64,000 nucleotides of DNA from Dehalococcoidia bacterium (lineage in GTDB: Bacteria; Chloroflexota; Dehalococcoidia; Bin125), in assembly GCA_965242485.1 (NCBI GenBank), contig CBDESM010000003.1, positions 639,337-703,336 of the forward strand. The letters are read 5' to 3'. Every line of letters begins with the position of its first letter. Positions within the stretch are counted from its first letter, which is position 1. Under the pieces are notes generated by a model. That model had not been told where the DNA came from and searched no databases. It saw only the letters and a list, made by a program, of their open reading frames with translations. Of this stretch, positions 46,793 to 59,248 are shown piece by piece. The translations under genes and the position numbers were made by a program.

Positions 46793-47278
46793 ATGGTCCC
46801 AGCGCCAAATTTCGCCGAACGCATGAAGAACTTCGAGTCGCTGTGGCGCTCGCTCAGCGAACAGGCACAGACCGACTTCACCGATCCAGCCCGTGAAGCA
46901 GTTTCGTCCGTTGTCGGGAGCTTCGTCGCAGGTGCCATCAGCCCTGTTTTGGGTGAAGAAGCCCAAAGGGCTGGCATTGGCGCAATGCTCGCGACAAGAT
47001 CCGCGCTCATCGTGACCAACTCAGATCGGGCGATCGCTGAGAGCATCGTGACGCTGCCTGTGCTGGCATACGAGGCCGCCGCAGTCGACAGCGAGATTCG
47101 CCACATCCAAGCGGAGTGGAAGATCAACGCCGTGCGCAGCGTGGCGCGAGCCGTCCGCAATGCAGCCGTCGGAGCGGCGGAGGCGGTCGTCGAGACGGTT
47201 GATCGGGAGATGTGGAGCGGGCGGGGGCGCGTGATGCGCAACTGCGTCCGCGCGATGTTCAGCAGCCGCGGCTGCTGA
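46793..47278 (+). CDS. hypothetical protein in a low-GC insert
   Basis: open, Ala-rich helical frame; start uncertain. Confidence 0.4.
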   Translation: MVPAPNFAERMKNFESLWRSLSEQAQTDFTDPAREAVSSVVGSFVAGAISPVLGEEAQRAGIGAMLATRSALIVTNSDRAIAESIVTLPVLAYEAAAVDSEIRHIQAEWKINAVRSVARAVRNAAVGAAEAVVETVDREMWSGRGRVMRNCVRAMFSSRGC

Positions 47279-47423
47279 GCTCCCGAGGCGCCGTGCTCCC
47301 GGCGCACGGGGCATCCGCCGGGAGCGCACCCATCTCTTTTCCTCAACGACCTTCGGATTCCCGGCCGGGCGCTGGTAGAGTGGCGGGACAGGGCGCTGGG
47401 ATGCGCCGGGGAGAGGCCACTCG

Positions 47424-47903
47424 ATGCAGGACCGTTCCATCGTCTGCCGCGATTGCGGCAACGACTTCATCTTCACTTCGGGCGAGCAGGAGTTCTACGC
47501 CTCCAAGGGCTTGCAGAACGACCCCGTGCGCTGCCCGGACTGCCGCTCGGCGCGGAAGGCGACCCGCACCACGCTGGAGGACGACTCCGGCTACATCCGC
47601 TACGCCGGCGCGGCCTCGTTCGGCGGCCGCATCCCCAAGCAGATGCACCCGGCCGCCTGCGCGCTCTGCGGCGACATGATCGAAGTGCCCTTCCTGCCGC
47701 GCGGCGACCGCCCCGTCTTCTGCTCGGCGGTCAAGCGGCTGATGACGCTGGGCTACATGATCGACGAGGTGCAGGCGCGCTGGGGCCAGCGGCCCTGCCA
47801 GGTTGAGGGCATCCACCAGGACCTGCGCCGCGGCCTGATCTCGCCCAAGCCCGGCGCCGAGCTGCAGGAAGCCGGCGACCGCGGCCCGCGCCCGCCCCGC
47901 TAG
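47424..47903 (+). CDS. zinc-ribbon / CxxC-x17-CxxC domain protein with aberrant C-terminus
   Basis: CRDCG.DF.FT.GEQEFY..KGL.N.P.RC..CR; second ribbon ends CSAV instead of CxxC. Confidence 0.75.
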   Translation: MQDRSIVCRDCGNDFIFTSGEQEFYASKGLQNDPVRCPDCRSARKATRTTLEDDSGYIRYAGAASFGGRIPKQMHPAACALCGDMIEVPFLPRGDRPVFCSAVKRLMTLGYMIDEVQARWGQRPCQVEGIHQDLRRGLISPKPGAELQEAGDRGPRPPR

Positions 47904-47943
47904 TACTACCGCGCGCCGCAACGCCGCGCCGGGGGACCTCCGC

Positions 47944-51249
<3,306 letters not shown>

Positions 51250-51262
51250 GCGCCCGTCCCGC

Positions 51263-52198
51263 TCAGTGGTGCTTGCGGAACACCCGCGGCCAGTGCGCCG
51301 CCACCTCCGCCCCGATCAGCATCGCCAGCGAACTCAGGAAGACGAAGAAGATCAGCGCGATCAGCGCCCCCAGCGTCCCGTACACCGCGTCGTACGAGGC
51401 GAAGTTGCGCAGGTAGATCGCGAAGCTGTTCTTGATGATCTCGAACAGCAGCGTCGCCAGCAGCGCGCCGGGCAGCGCGTCGCGCGGGCGCACGTTGATG
51501 CTGGGCACCATCACGTACACGACCATGAAGGTGATGAACGGCAGCACCGCCGGCAGGACCACGATCAGCACGTCGATCATGACGTGCGTGCTCTGGCCGA
51601 GGAAGCCGAGTTCGCCGGCGACGTCCACGCTCACGTGGCGCAGCAGCTGCAGCAGCAGCGTCAGCCCCACCGAAGTGACGATCAGCGCGCCCACCCCCGC
51701 GACCAGCAGCACGTCGATCGCCTTGCCGCGGATGAAGGGCCGGCGGAACGACAGTTCCCAGACCTGATCCAGCGCGTAGCGCAGCGAGGCCATCATCCCC
51801 GTCGCGCTCCAGATCAGGCCCACCACCGCCACCAGCCCCACTGCCGAGCGGCCCTGCGCGATCGGCTCGATCACCTCCTCCAGCTGCTCCCGCCCCGCCC
51901 CGAACGAGACCGGCAGCAGCTCCAGCAGCGACGCGATCGTCCGCTCCCGCAGCGATTCGTCGGTCAGCACCACCCCCGCGATCGAGACCACCAAAATCGC
52001 CAAGGGGAACATCGAGAACAGCACGTAGTAGGCGATCGAAGCCGCCAGCTGCGTGCAGTGATCGTCCGAGATGCCCTTGAGCACCCGCCGCACCAGCACG
52101 ACGAAGTCGTGCTCCCACCAGACCAGCAGCCGCCAAGCGCGGTTGATCCGGTTGCGCGGATGCAGATCCCGGAGGCGGTCGGCCAGCCCTGCCAGCAT
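51263..52198 (-). CDS. YihY/virulence factor BrkB family membrane protein
   Basis: AA.IAYY..FS.FP, Y..VYG.LG, GAE motifs. Confidence 0.9.
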   Translation of the reverse strand: MLAGLADRLRDLHPRNRINRAWRLLVWWEHDFVVLVRRVLKGISDDHCTQLAASIAYYVLFSMFPLAILVVSIAGVVLTDESLRERTIASLLELLPVSFGAGREQLEEVIEPIAQGRSAVGLVAVVGLIWSATGMMASLRYALDQVWELSFRRPFIRGKAIDVLLVAGVGALIVTSVGLTLLLQLLRHVSVDVAGELGFLGQSTHVMIDVLIVVLPAVLPFITFMVVYVMVPSINVRPRDALPGALLATLLFEIIKNSFAIYLRNFASYDAVYGTLGALIALIFFVFLSSLAMLIGAEVAAHWPRVFRKHH

Positions 52199-52230
52199 CG
52201 GCCCATTATCGGGCAGATCGGCGCTTCGCC

Positions 52231-53403
52231 GTGACCGCCGGCCCGACTCGGCGCCCGACCCGCCGAGTGGTCGTCAAGTTCGGCACCAGCCTGCTCACCG
52301 CCGGCGGCGACAACCTCGATCCCGCCGCGATGGACGACCTCGTCCGCCAGATCGCCGAGGTGCGGCGGGGCGGGGCGCAGATCGCCGTGGTCACCAGCGG
52401 CGCGGTCGCGGCCGGGCGCGCGCGCGTCGGCGGCGGCGCCAAGATCCGCTCGATCGCCGCCCGCCAAGCGCTCGCCGCCATCGGCCAGGCGCATCTCGTC
52501 GAGCGCTACGACACGCTCCTCCGCCGGCGCGGGCTCACCGCCGCCCAAGCCCTGATCACCCGCGCCGACCTGACCGAGCGCCGCGGCTACCTCAACGTCC
52601 GCAACACCCTCCTCCGCCTGCTCGAATTCGGCGTCGTCCCGATCATCAACGAGAACGACGTCGTCGCCGATGAGGAGCTGCGCGGCGGCGCATTCGGCGA
52701 AAACGACGGCCTCGCCGCCCTCACCGCCAACCTGATCGACGCCGACCTGCTGATCCTGCTCAGCGACGTCGACGGCCTCTTCGACCGCGACCCGCGCCGC
52801 CACCCCGCGGCCCGCCTGATCGCCGAGATCGCCGATTTCCCCGCCGCGCTGGCGGCCGCGGACGAAGCCGCGGACAGGGTCGCCGCCTTCCGCGGGCGCG
52901 GCAGCATGCGCGCCAAGGTCGAGGCCGCCCGACGCGCCGCGGAAGCCGGCTGCGAGGCCGTGATCGCCAATGGGCGCCTGCCCGACGCGATCATCCGCAT
53001 CGCCCGCGGCGAGCGCCCCGGCACCTCCGTGCCCGCGTTGCGCAGCCACGTCGAGAGCCGCAAGCGCTGGCTGCTCTCCGGCGTCGCCCAGAACGGCGCC
53101 CTGCATCTGGACGACGGCGCGGTCCGCGCCCTGACCCGGCAGGGCCGCTCGCTGCTCCCCGCCGGCGTCACCTCCGCCGCCGGCGTCTTCGAGCGCGGCG
53201 ACGCCGTCGTCCTCGCCGCGGCCGGCGGCGAACAGATCGGCGTCGGCATCAGCAACTACTCAGCCGCCGAGGTCGAGCGCATCCGCGGGCGCAAATCGTC
53301 CGAGATCGAGGCCGTGCTCGGCTACTACTACGGTGCTGAAATCGTGCACCGTAACAACCTCGCGCTGACCGCGGGCCCCGATGCGAACCCGGGCCCGCTC
53401 TGA
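52231..53403 (+). CDS. proB: glutamate 5-kinase with PUA domain
   Basis: VVKFGTS, VTSGAV, PIINEND, FGEND, HRNNL. Confidence 0.95.
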   Translation: MTAGPTRRPTRRVVVKFGTSLLTAGGDNLDPAAMDDLVRQIAEVRRGGAQIAVVTSGAVAAGRARVGGGAKIRSIAARQALAAIGQAHLVERYDTLLRRRGLTAAQALITRADLTERRGYLNVRNTLLRLLEFGVVPIINENDVVADEELRGGAFGENDGLAALTANLIDADLLILLSDVDGLFDRDPRRHPAARLIAEIADFPAALAAADEAADRVAAFRGRGSMRAKVEAARRAAEAGCEAVIANGRLPDAIIRIARGERPGTSVPALRSHVESRKRWLLSGVAQNGALHLDDGAVRALTRQGRSLLPAGVTSAAGVFERGDAVVLAAAGGEQIGVGISNYSAAEVERIRGRKSSEIEAVLGYYYGAEIVHRNNLALTAGPDANPGPL

Positions 53404-53450
53404 CCCTGCGGCTTGGCCCTGCGGCTTGGCCCTGCGGCTTGGCCCTGCGG
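53404..53450 (+). repeat. 13-bp tandem repeat (3.6 copies)
   Basis: (CCCTGCGGCTTGG)x3 + CCCTGCGG. Confidence 0.9.
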
Positions 53451-53464
53451 TACGATCCCGTCCG

Positions 53465-54343
53465 ATGCCGGAACTGACCGACTACCCCGCCTCGCACGTC
53501 TACTTCTCGCAGCGCCTGCGGCTGCACTACGTCGATTGGGGCAACCCCGAAGCGCCTCCGCTCGTGCTGGTCCACGGCGGGCGCGACCACTGCCGCTCCT
53601 GGGACTGGCTGGCGCTGCGCCTGCGCGACCGCTTCCACATCATCGCGCCCGACCTGCGCGGACACGGCGACTCGCAGTGGGTGATCGGCTCCCGCTACGC
53701 GATGATCGACTACGTCTACGACCTCGCCCAGCTCGTCCGCCAGAAGCAGCTCGAACCGGTCGCGCTGCTCGGCCACTCGCTCGGCGGGCGGATCGTGCTC
53801 GAATACGCCGGCATCTTCCCCGACCGCGTCGCCAGGCTGATCGCGATCGAGGGCCTCGCCCCGCCCAAGTCCGAATCTGGCCCGCGCGCCGAAACGCCGG
53901 CCCACGAGCGGATGCAGGACTGGATCGACGAGACCTACGGCTACGCCGGCCGCCAGCCGCGCCGCTACCCGACGCTCGAAGACGCCGTCGCCCGCATGCA
54001 GCAGGCCAACCCCCGCCTCAGCGCCGAGCAGGCCCGCCACCTCACCATCCACGGCGCGAACCAAGAGGAGGACGGCGCTTGGACCTGGAAGTTCGACAAC
54101 TACGCCCGCGGCTCCTCGCCCTATCCCTTCAATGAAGCCGACGCCGGCGAAATCTGGAGCCGGGCGCGGATGCCGATGCTGCTCGTCAACGGCCTCGAAA
54201 GCGCCGGCGACCCCAACAAGGGCGGCCGCGCCGCCGCCTTCCCGCAAGCCGAAAAAATCGGCATCGCCGACGCCGGCCACTGGGTCCACCACGACCAGCT
54301 CGACGAGTTCGCCGCCCACGTCGAACGGTTCCTCGACCGATGA
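53465..54343 (+). CDS. alpha/beta hydrolase
   Basis: LVHGG, DLRGHGDS, GHSLGG, AGHWVHHD. Confidence 0.92.
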   Translation: MPELTDYPASHVYFSQRLRLHYVDWGNPEAPPLVLVHGGRDHCRSWDWLALRLRDRFHIIAPDLRGHGDSQWVIGSRYAMIDYVYDLAQLVRQKQLEPVALLGHSLGGRIVLEYAGIFPDRVARLIAIEGLAPPKSESGPRAETPAHERMQDWIDETYGYAGRQPRRYPTLEDAVARMQQANPRLSAEQARHLTIHGANQEEDGAWTWKFDNYARGSSPYPFNEADAGEIWSRARMPMLLVNGLESAGDPNKGGRAAAFPQAEKIGIADAGHWVHHDQLDEFAAHVERFLDR

Positions 54344-55413
54344 CCGCCCCAAAATTCTCGTGGTTCGTCCCCATCGACGGCGACGGCCATCGCATCGGCA
54401 CCCTGCGCGCCGAACGCGAGCCCACCGCCGAGTACCTCCAATCCGTCGTGGATGCGGCAGAAGAGGCCGGCTACCACTCGCTGCTGATCCCCACCCGCTT
54501 CAGCAACGGCCTCTTCGAGGAATCCGCGCCGCTGGCCGAGACATGGACGACGGCGACGGCACTGCTCGCCCGCTCCAAGCGCATCCGCCTGCTGATCGCC
54601 GTCCGCCCCAGCTCCATCGCCCCCGCCCTCTTCGCCCAGCAGGCCGCGACCCTGCACGAACTTTCCGGCGGCCGCATCGACATCAACATCGTCCCCGGCG
54701 GTATCCAAGGCGACAACGAACGCATCGGCGCAACCCTCGACCACGACGACCGCTACGCCCACGCCCGCGATTTCATCGACGCCGTCAACAAACTCTGGAC
54801 CGCCGACGGCCCGATCAACTACGACGGCACCGGCTTCCGCCTCCGCAACGCCATGGCCAATCCATCCCCCGAACCAAGACCTCAGTGGTACTTGGGCGGC
54901 GCATCCGATGCCGCCCTCAAACTAGCCGCCGAACAAGGCGACGTCCTCCTCTGCTGGATCCAACCCAAAGACAAGATGCAAGCTCTCCTAGCCCGAGCCC
55001 GAGCCGCATATAAGGCAGCAGGCCGAGAACCAAGATTCGGCCTCCGCACCCACCTAGTAGTCCGCAACACCGAACAAGAAGCTTGGCAAGCCGCCCAAGA
55101 CCTCATAGCCGAAGCCGACCCCAAAGTCCTAGCCCAACGCGCCGCCCAAGTCAAAGGCACCAAAATGGTAGGCACCGCCGCCCAATCCCTCCGCGCCGAA
55201 GACGACCGCCTAGGCGAACGCCTCTGGAACGGCATCTCCCGAGTAAGAGTAAACCTAGGCACCGCCATAGTAGGCACCCCAAACCAAGCCGCCGAAGAAC
55301 TCTCGGCTTATCGCGAAATAGGCTTCGAAGATTTCATTCTCAGCGCCTACCCCCACCGCGAAGGCGCTGAGCAGATCGCCGAACAGGTCCTCCCTCTAGT
55401 AGCTCAACCCTAA
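54340..55413 (+). CDS. LLM class monooxygenase, SsuD-like
   Basis: WF.P..GD, LIAVRP, SGGRI.IN, YLGGAS, IVGTP. Confidence 0.85.
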   Translation: MTAPKFSWFVPIDGDGHRIGTLRAEREPTAEYLQSVVDAAEEAGYHSLLIPTRFSNGLFEESAPLAETWTTATALLARSKRIRLLIAVRPSSIAPALFAQQAATLHELSGGRIDINIVPGGIQGDNERIGATLDHDDRYAHARDFIDAVNKLWTADGPINYDGTGFRLRNAMANPSPEPRPQWYLGGASDAALKLAAEQGDVLLCWIQPKDKMQALLARARAAYKAAGREPRFGLRTHLVVRNTEQEAWQAAQDLIAEADPKVLAQRAAQVKGTKMVGTAAQSLRAEDDRLGERLWNGISRVRVNLGTAIVGTPNQAAEELSAYREIGFEDFILSAYPHREGAEQIAEQVLPLVAQP

Positions 55414-55613
55414 CGTTCCATCGCATCCCGTTCTGCGTCGCGGACCATGAGTGCCACCACCAAGGTCCAGAAAGATGTTGCATGACTCCCATCGTTTGCG
55501 CGGGACTCTTTTGCTTCGTTTCCGGTTTCTCGTCACAACTAGCGAACCTTTCATCCATCAGCGCTGACGGTACGTGCTCGGTGATTGATGCGCTTGATGC
55601 GCACGGGAATCCA

Positions 55614-56816
55614 TTATCTGATCCACCACCGGCGCGTTCCCAGCCGCCGGCCGCGGACGGACTGCTCACCTGCCTCCTCCGCCTCCTCTGCGTCAATGGA
55701 TACGACCAGTTTCCCTTGCTCAATCTTGACGAGATCCTCCTGATCCAGCTTCAATATATCGAGTGCGATTTCCAACATCATCGGCTGCAATTTTCTATTG
55801 AAGTACGCGGCCCCGAGAATTCCCGATATCGTCCCCAAAGCGCTGCCGACCAATGGCCCGCCGGCCGGCACGATTGCGCCCGCGGCTGCACCGCCCGCAG
55901 CACCAGCCCAAGACATCACCGAGGCAATGCCGAACCGCGACATCAAGCTCAAGGTGCCCACTACTGCGATCTTGTTCTTTGATGTCCGATCCGCATCGGT
56001 CAGCTTGCGCTCGTTCCGTACGAGATCGGCAATGATCTGAATCCCGAGCGTGACCATGGACAGATGCGGCATTGCAGCGCTCAACCGATCCGGGACATCT
56101 ATCCCCAGATTGCCGCAAAGCGCGTCCAAGCCGGACCGGGTCTTCTGGGTCAACTCCTCGCTCGGGCCGAGATCAGTCAGACGATCGGCAAAATTTCGAG
56201 ATGTCTGAGCCACGCGGTCATACACCTCGGTGCTGACCAAGAACTCAACGCCCGGGGCCTGCTGCATCGCCTCCTTCACGTCCGTCGCGTAGTCGGCTGC
56301 GCCCGTCTTCACCTGCCACAAGATCGACCGGCCGTCGGCCGTATTCCCGCTGATGTCCCAGACTGCTTGAGTCGGGTTCGCCGCGATCTCTACATCTTTG
56401 TATCCAAGCTCAGTCAGCATTTCTGCCGCCTCGAGCTCGGCCGCCTTCCCTTTCAGGGCACTTACGAACCCGGTCTCCGCGCCGTCGCCGCGCATCCGTA
56501 TCTCCGCCCAATGCTTCGCCAGTGATCCCTCATAGTTCCCGAACGCCAGCTCATGCGCCCGCTCCAACCGTTCGCGAAGGGCGTCGTTCACGTTGATCTC
56601 GGGGAAGAACGCCGCCAGCCCGGTCGTCCAGTCCACCGCGCCTTGCCATGCGTCCCGAACGCGACTGCCAGATCGGTCCGCCGCCGAATCTTCCGGGCTT
56701 CCCTCTTGCGAAGAGCGCAGCCTCTGCAACCGATCGTTCACGCGACCGCGCAGCCCTGAAACTCCATCCTGTTTTGCTTGCGACGCACGATCACGCCTCG
56801 TCCACCGAATCCGCAT
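55614..56816 (-). CDS. hypothetical protein with possible PD-(D/E)xK-like motif and glycine-zipper membrane segment
   Basis: KG..AE…WDI…QVK; GAAGGAAAGAIVPAGGPLVGSALG; GGAGG RBS; lower GC. Confidence 0.6.
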   Translation of the reverse strand: MRIRWTRRDRASQAKQDGVSGLRGRVNDRLQRLRSSQEGSPEDSAADRSGSRVRDAWQGAVDWTTGLAAFFPEINVNDALRERLERAHELAFGNYEGSLAKHWAEIRMRGDGAETGFVSALKGKAAELEAAEMLTELGYKDVEIAANPTQAVWDISGNTADGRSILWQVKTGAADYATDVKEAMQQAPGVEFLVSTEVYDRVAQTSRNFADRLTDLGPSEELTQKTRSGLDALCGNLGIDVPDRLSAAMPHLSMVTLGIQIIADLVRNERKLTDADRTSKNKIAVVGTLSLMSRFGIASVMSWAGAAGGAAAGAIVPAGGPLVGSALGTISGILGAAYFNRKLQPMMLEIALDILKLDQEDLVKIEQGKLVVSIDAEEAEEAGEQSVRGRRLGTRRWWIR

Positions 56817-57232
56817 GTCCCTTCCTCCCAACACTCCGAAGCCGGCGTCGGCTCACTGGTTCCGTGCGTTCCGCAACTCCGCGCTTGCCAAGCTAGCCGA
56901 TCACGAAAATCGCCTCAACATCGACCTGGCCGGCAGCAGCCCTACGCGACGCAGACATCCCGCTACGGGAAGATCAGCGCACCAGCCCCGCTCTCACGAG
57001 CCAAACGGGGAACAGATTGTGCCCTGTCATGTCATCGACCGCGCGTTCTATATCGTCGCCGTTCGCAAGAGCATCCCCAGCCTGTACGATTGCGGAGGGT
57101 GTCGCAAGACGGGTTCTACATGCCTCTTTCGACATCCGATGGAATTATTGATGATGTTCATTAGATGGGTCTTTCTGCCGGCTGTACGGGGCAAGGGTGC
57201 GAGTTGGGAGCGGAGGGCGCTAGATTGGGGGC

Positions 57233-58441
57233 ATGGGGTGGGCTGTTCATCGGTCGGGGGGGTTGACGCATTTGGATGCGGGGCGGGCGTTTGCGGGGTA
57301 TACGTTGATGTGTCCGGCGGGGGGCGGGGGGGCGGTGCTGCTGGATTTGCGGGGGCGGGCGGTGCATCGCTGGCGGGCGCCGGAGGGGGCGGGGTTCTTC
57401 AACGTGGAGCTGCTGGAGAACGGGAATCTGCTGGGGTTGTGCGCGCCGCCGGCGACGCTGGCCGGGCCGGGGGAGGCGATGCAGACGCAGGAGGCGATGC
57501 TGCGGACGGAGGCGCCGGAGCCGCCGGAGCTGTTCCGGCGCTTGGGAGGGGGCGGGCATTTGCTGGTCGAGCTGGATTGGGAGGGGGAGGAGGTTTGGCG
57601 GTTCGAGGGCGAGGCGCTGCACCACGATTTCGCGCGGCTGGAGGACGGGCGGACGCTGGCGCTGGAGTGGGTGGAGATTCCGGAGGAGGTGGAGCGGACG
57701 GTGCGCGGGGGGACGCGCTGGCGGCGGCAGCCGATGCCGCGGCGGATGATCGGCGACGACATCGTGGCGATTTCGGCGGAGGGGGAGATCGCGGAGCGGA
57801 TCGAGCTGTGGCGGCTGCTGGATCCGGGCAAGGCGCGGATTTGCCCGCTGGAGCGGCGCTGGGAGTGGACGCATTGCAATTCGCTGGACGTGCTGCCGGA
57901 CGGGGGGATCATTTTTTCGGCGCGGAACGCGAGCACGGTGGGGATCGTGGATCCGGGCGCGGAGGGCGCGGAGGCGTCGCTGCGCTGGCAGTGGGGCTGG
58001 CCGGAGATTTCGCACCAGCATCATGCGACGGCGCTGGAGGACGGGCGCATCCTGCTGTACGACAACGGGATGCACCGGCTGCAGGATCTGCCGTTTTCGC
58101 GGGTGCTGGAGGTGGATCCGGAGACGGAGGAGCTGGGCTGGACGTACCAGGGGGAGCCGCGCGAGCAGTTCTTCAGCGCGCACATTTCGGGGGCGGCGCG
58201 GCTGCCGAACGCGAACACGCTGATCACGGAGGGGGCGTCGGGCCGCATTTTCGAGGTGACGCGGCAGGGCGAGGTGGTCTGGGAGTGGGTGAGCCCGTTC
58301 CAGACGGTGGCGCTGGGGAGGCGTGCGAGCTGGGTGTTCCGGTCTTGGCGCTACGGGGAGGATCATCCGGCGCTGGCGGGGCGTGATTTGGATCCGGGCC
58401 GGCTGGCGGCGTTCAACCGCTTGCACGGGCTGGACGAGTAG
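57233..58441 (+). CDS. arylsulfotransferase (ASST) family protein
   Basis: HHDF, WTHCNS, HQHH, YDNG, RLPN.NTLITE motifs. Confidence 0.85.
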   Translation: MGWAVHRSGGLTHLDAGRAFAGYTLMCPAGGGGAVLLDLRGRAVHRWRAPEGAGFFNVELLENGNLLGLCAPPATLAGPGEAMQTQEAMLRTEAPEPPELFRRLGGGGHLLVELDWEGEEVWRFEGEALHHDFARLEDGRTLALEWVEIPEEVERTVRGGTRWRRQPMPRRMIGDDIVAISAEGEIAERIELWRLLDPGKARICPLERRWEWTHCNSLDVLPDGGIIFSARNASTVGIVDPGAEGAEASLRWQWGWPEISHQHHATALEDGRILLYDNGMHRLQDLPFSRVLEVDPETEELGWTYQGEPREQFFSAHISGAARLPNANTLITEGASGRIFEVTRQGEVVWEWVSPFQTVALGRRASWVFRSWRYGEDHPALAGRDLDPGRLAAFNRLHGLDE

Positions 58442-58482
58442 TTTTCCAAGGCGGCCGGGCGGCGGGGCGCTTCGGCGCGGTC

Positions 58483-59076
58483 TTAGCCGCCGGGGCGCTG
58501 GATTTGCAGGCGGCGGGTGGCGACGAGGAGGTCGTGGGTTTTGCCGTCGGCGTCGATGACGTAGTCCCAGAGGACGGCTTCGCGCTGGAAGCCGAGGCGG
58601 CGGAAGACGTTTTGGGCGGCGCTCTGGTCGAGCACCATGCGGGCGGTGAGTAGCTGGAGTTCGAGCAGCTGTGCGATGGCGTAGATTTCTTCGGCGATGA
58701 TGCGGCCGAGGCCGAGGCCGCGGGCGTCGGGCGAGAGCAGGAGGCGGATTTCGCCGAGGTGGCGGGTCCAGTCGGCGGCGTTGTAGTGGAGGTCGCCTTC
58801 GCCGAGCAGCTTGTCGCCGTCGAAGCCGAGCACGGTGTAGGTTTCGGCGGATTCGATCTCGGCGACCCATTCGTCGACGGCGTGTTCTTGGGTGATGTCG
58901 CGGCGGAGGAAGATGAGGTCGTCGGCGGGGAGGCTGCGGGCGAAGGCGAGGAGCAGGTCCTTGTCGCCGGGCTGCATGAGGCGGAGGGAGATCTTGTGGC
59001 CGTCGCGGAGCGAGGCGGAGCGGGGGTAGCGCACGCCGATGCGCTGTTCGGCGTCGGCTGGTGTGGCTTGGGCCAT
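58483..59076 (-). CDS. GNAT family N-acetyltransferase
   Basis: RGLGLG motif; F..LGF..E. Confidence 0.85.
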   Translation of the reverse strand: MAQATPADAEQRIGVRYPRSASLRDGHKISLRLMQPGDKDLLLAFARSLPADDLIFLRRDITQEHAVDEWVAEIESAETYTVLGFDGDKLLGEGDLHYNAADWTRHLGEIRLLLSPDARGLGLGRIIAEEIYAIAQLLELQLLTARMVLDQSAAQNVFRRLGFQREAVLWDYVIDADGKTHDLLVATRRLQIQRPGG

Positions 59077-59248
59077 GGTGGATCGCTTTCACTGCCGCGA
59101 CGGTTCCGCGCGGGTATCAGTATCAGGCAACGGAGGTATGCGCGATAGGGCGCGGGGGCAGGCTAGCGGGCGCGGAGCGGGGGCGGGGGTACGCTTGCCG
59201 TGCGGGCGCGCCGCCGGGCCGGGCGCGGCGCGCGGGAGCCGAGTGCGG

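Noticed and set aside
55414-57230. Chromosomal replication origin at the skew switch
   Set aside because: No DnaA-box cluster or dnaA/dnaN seen, and similar switches recur every few kb.
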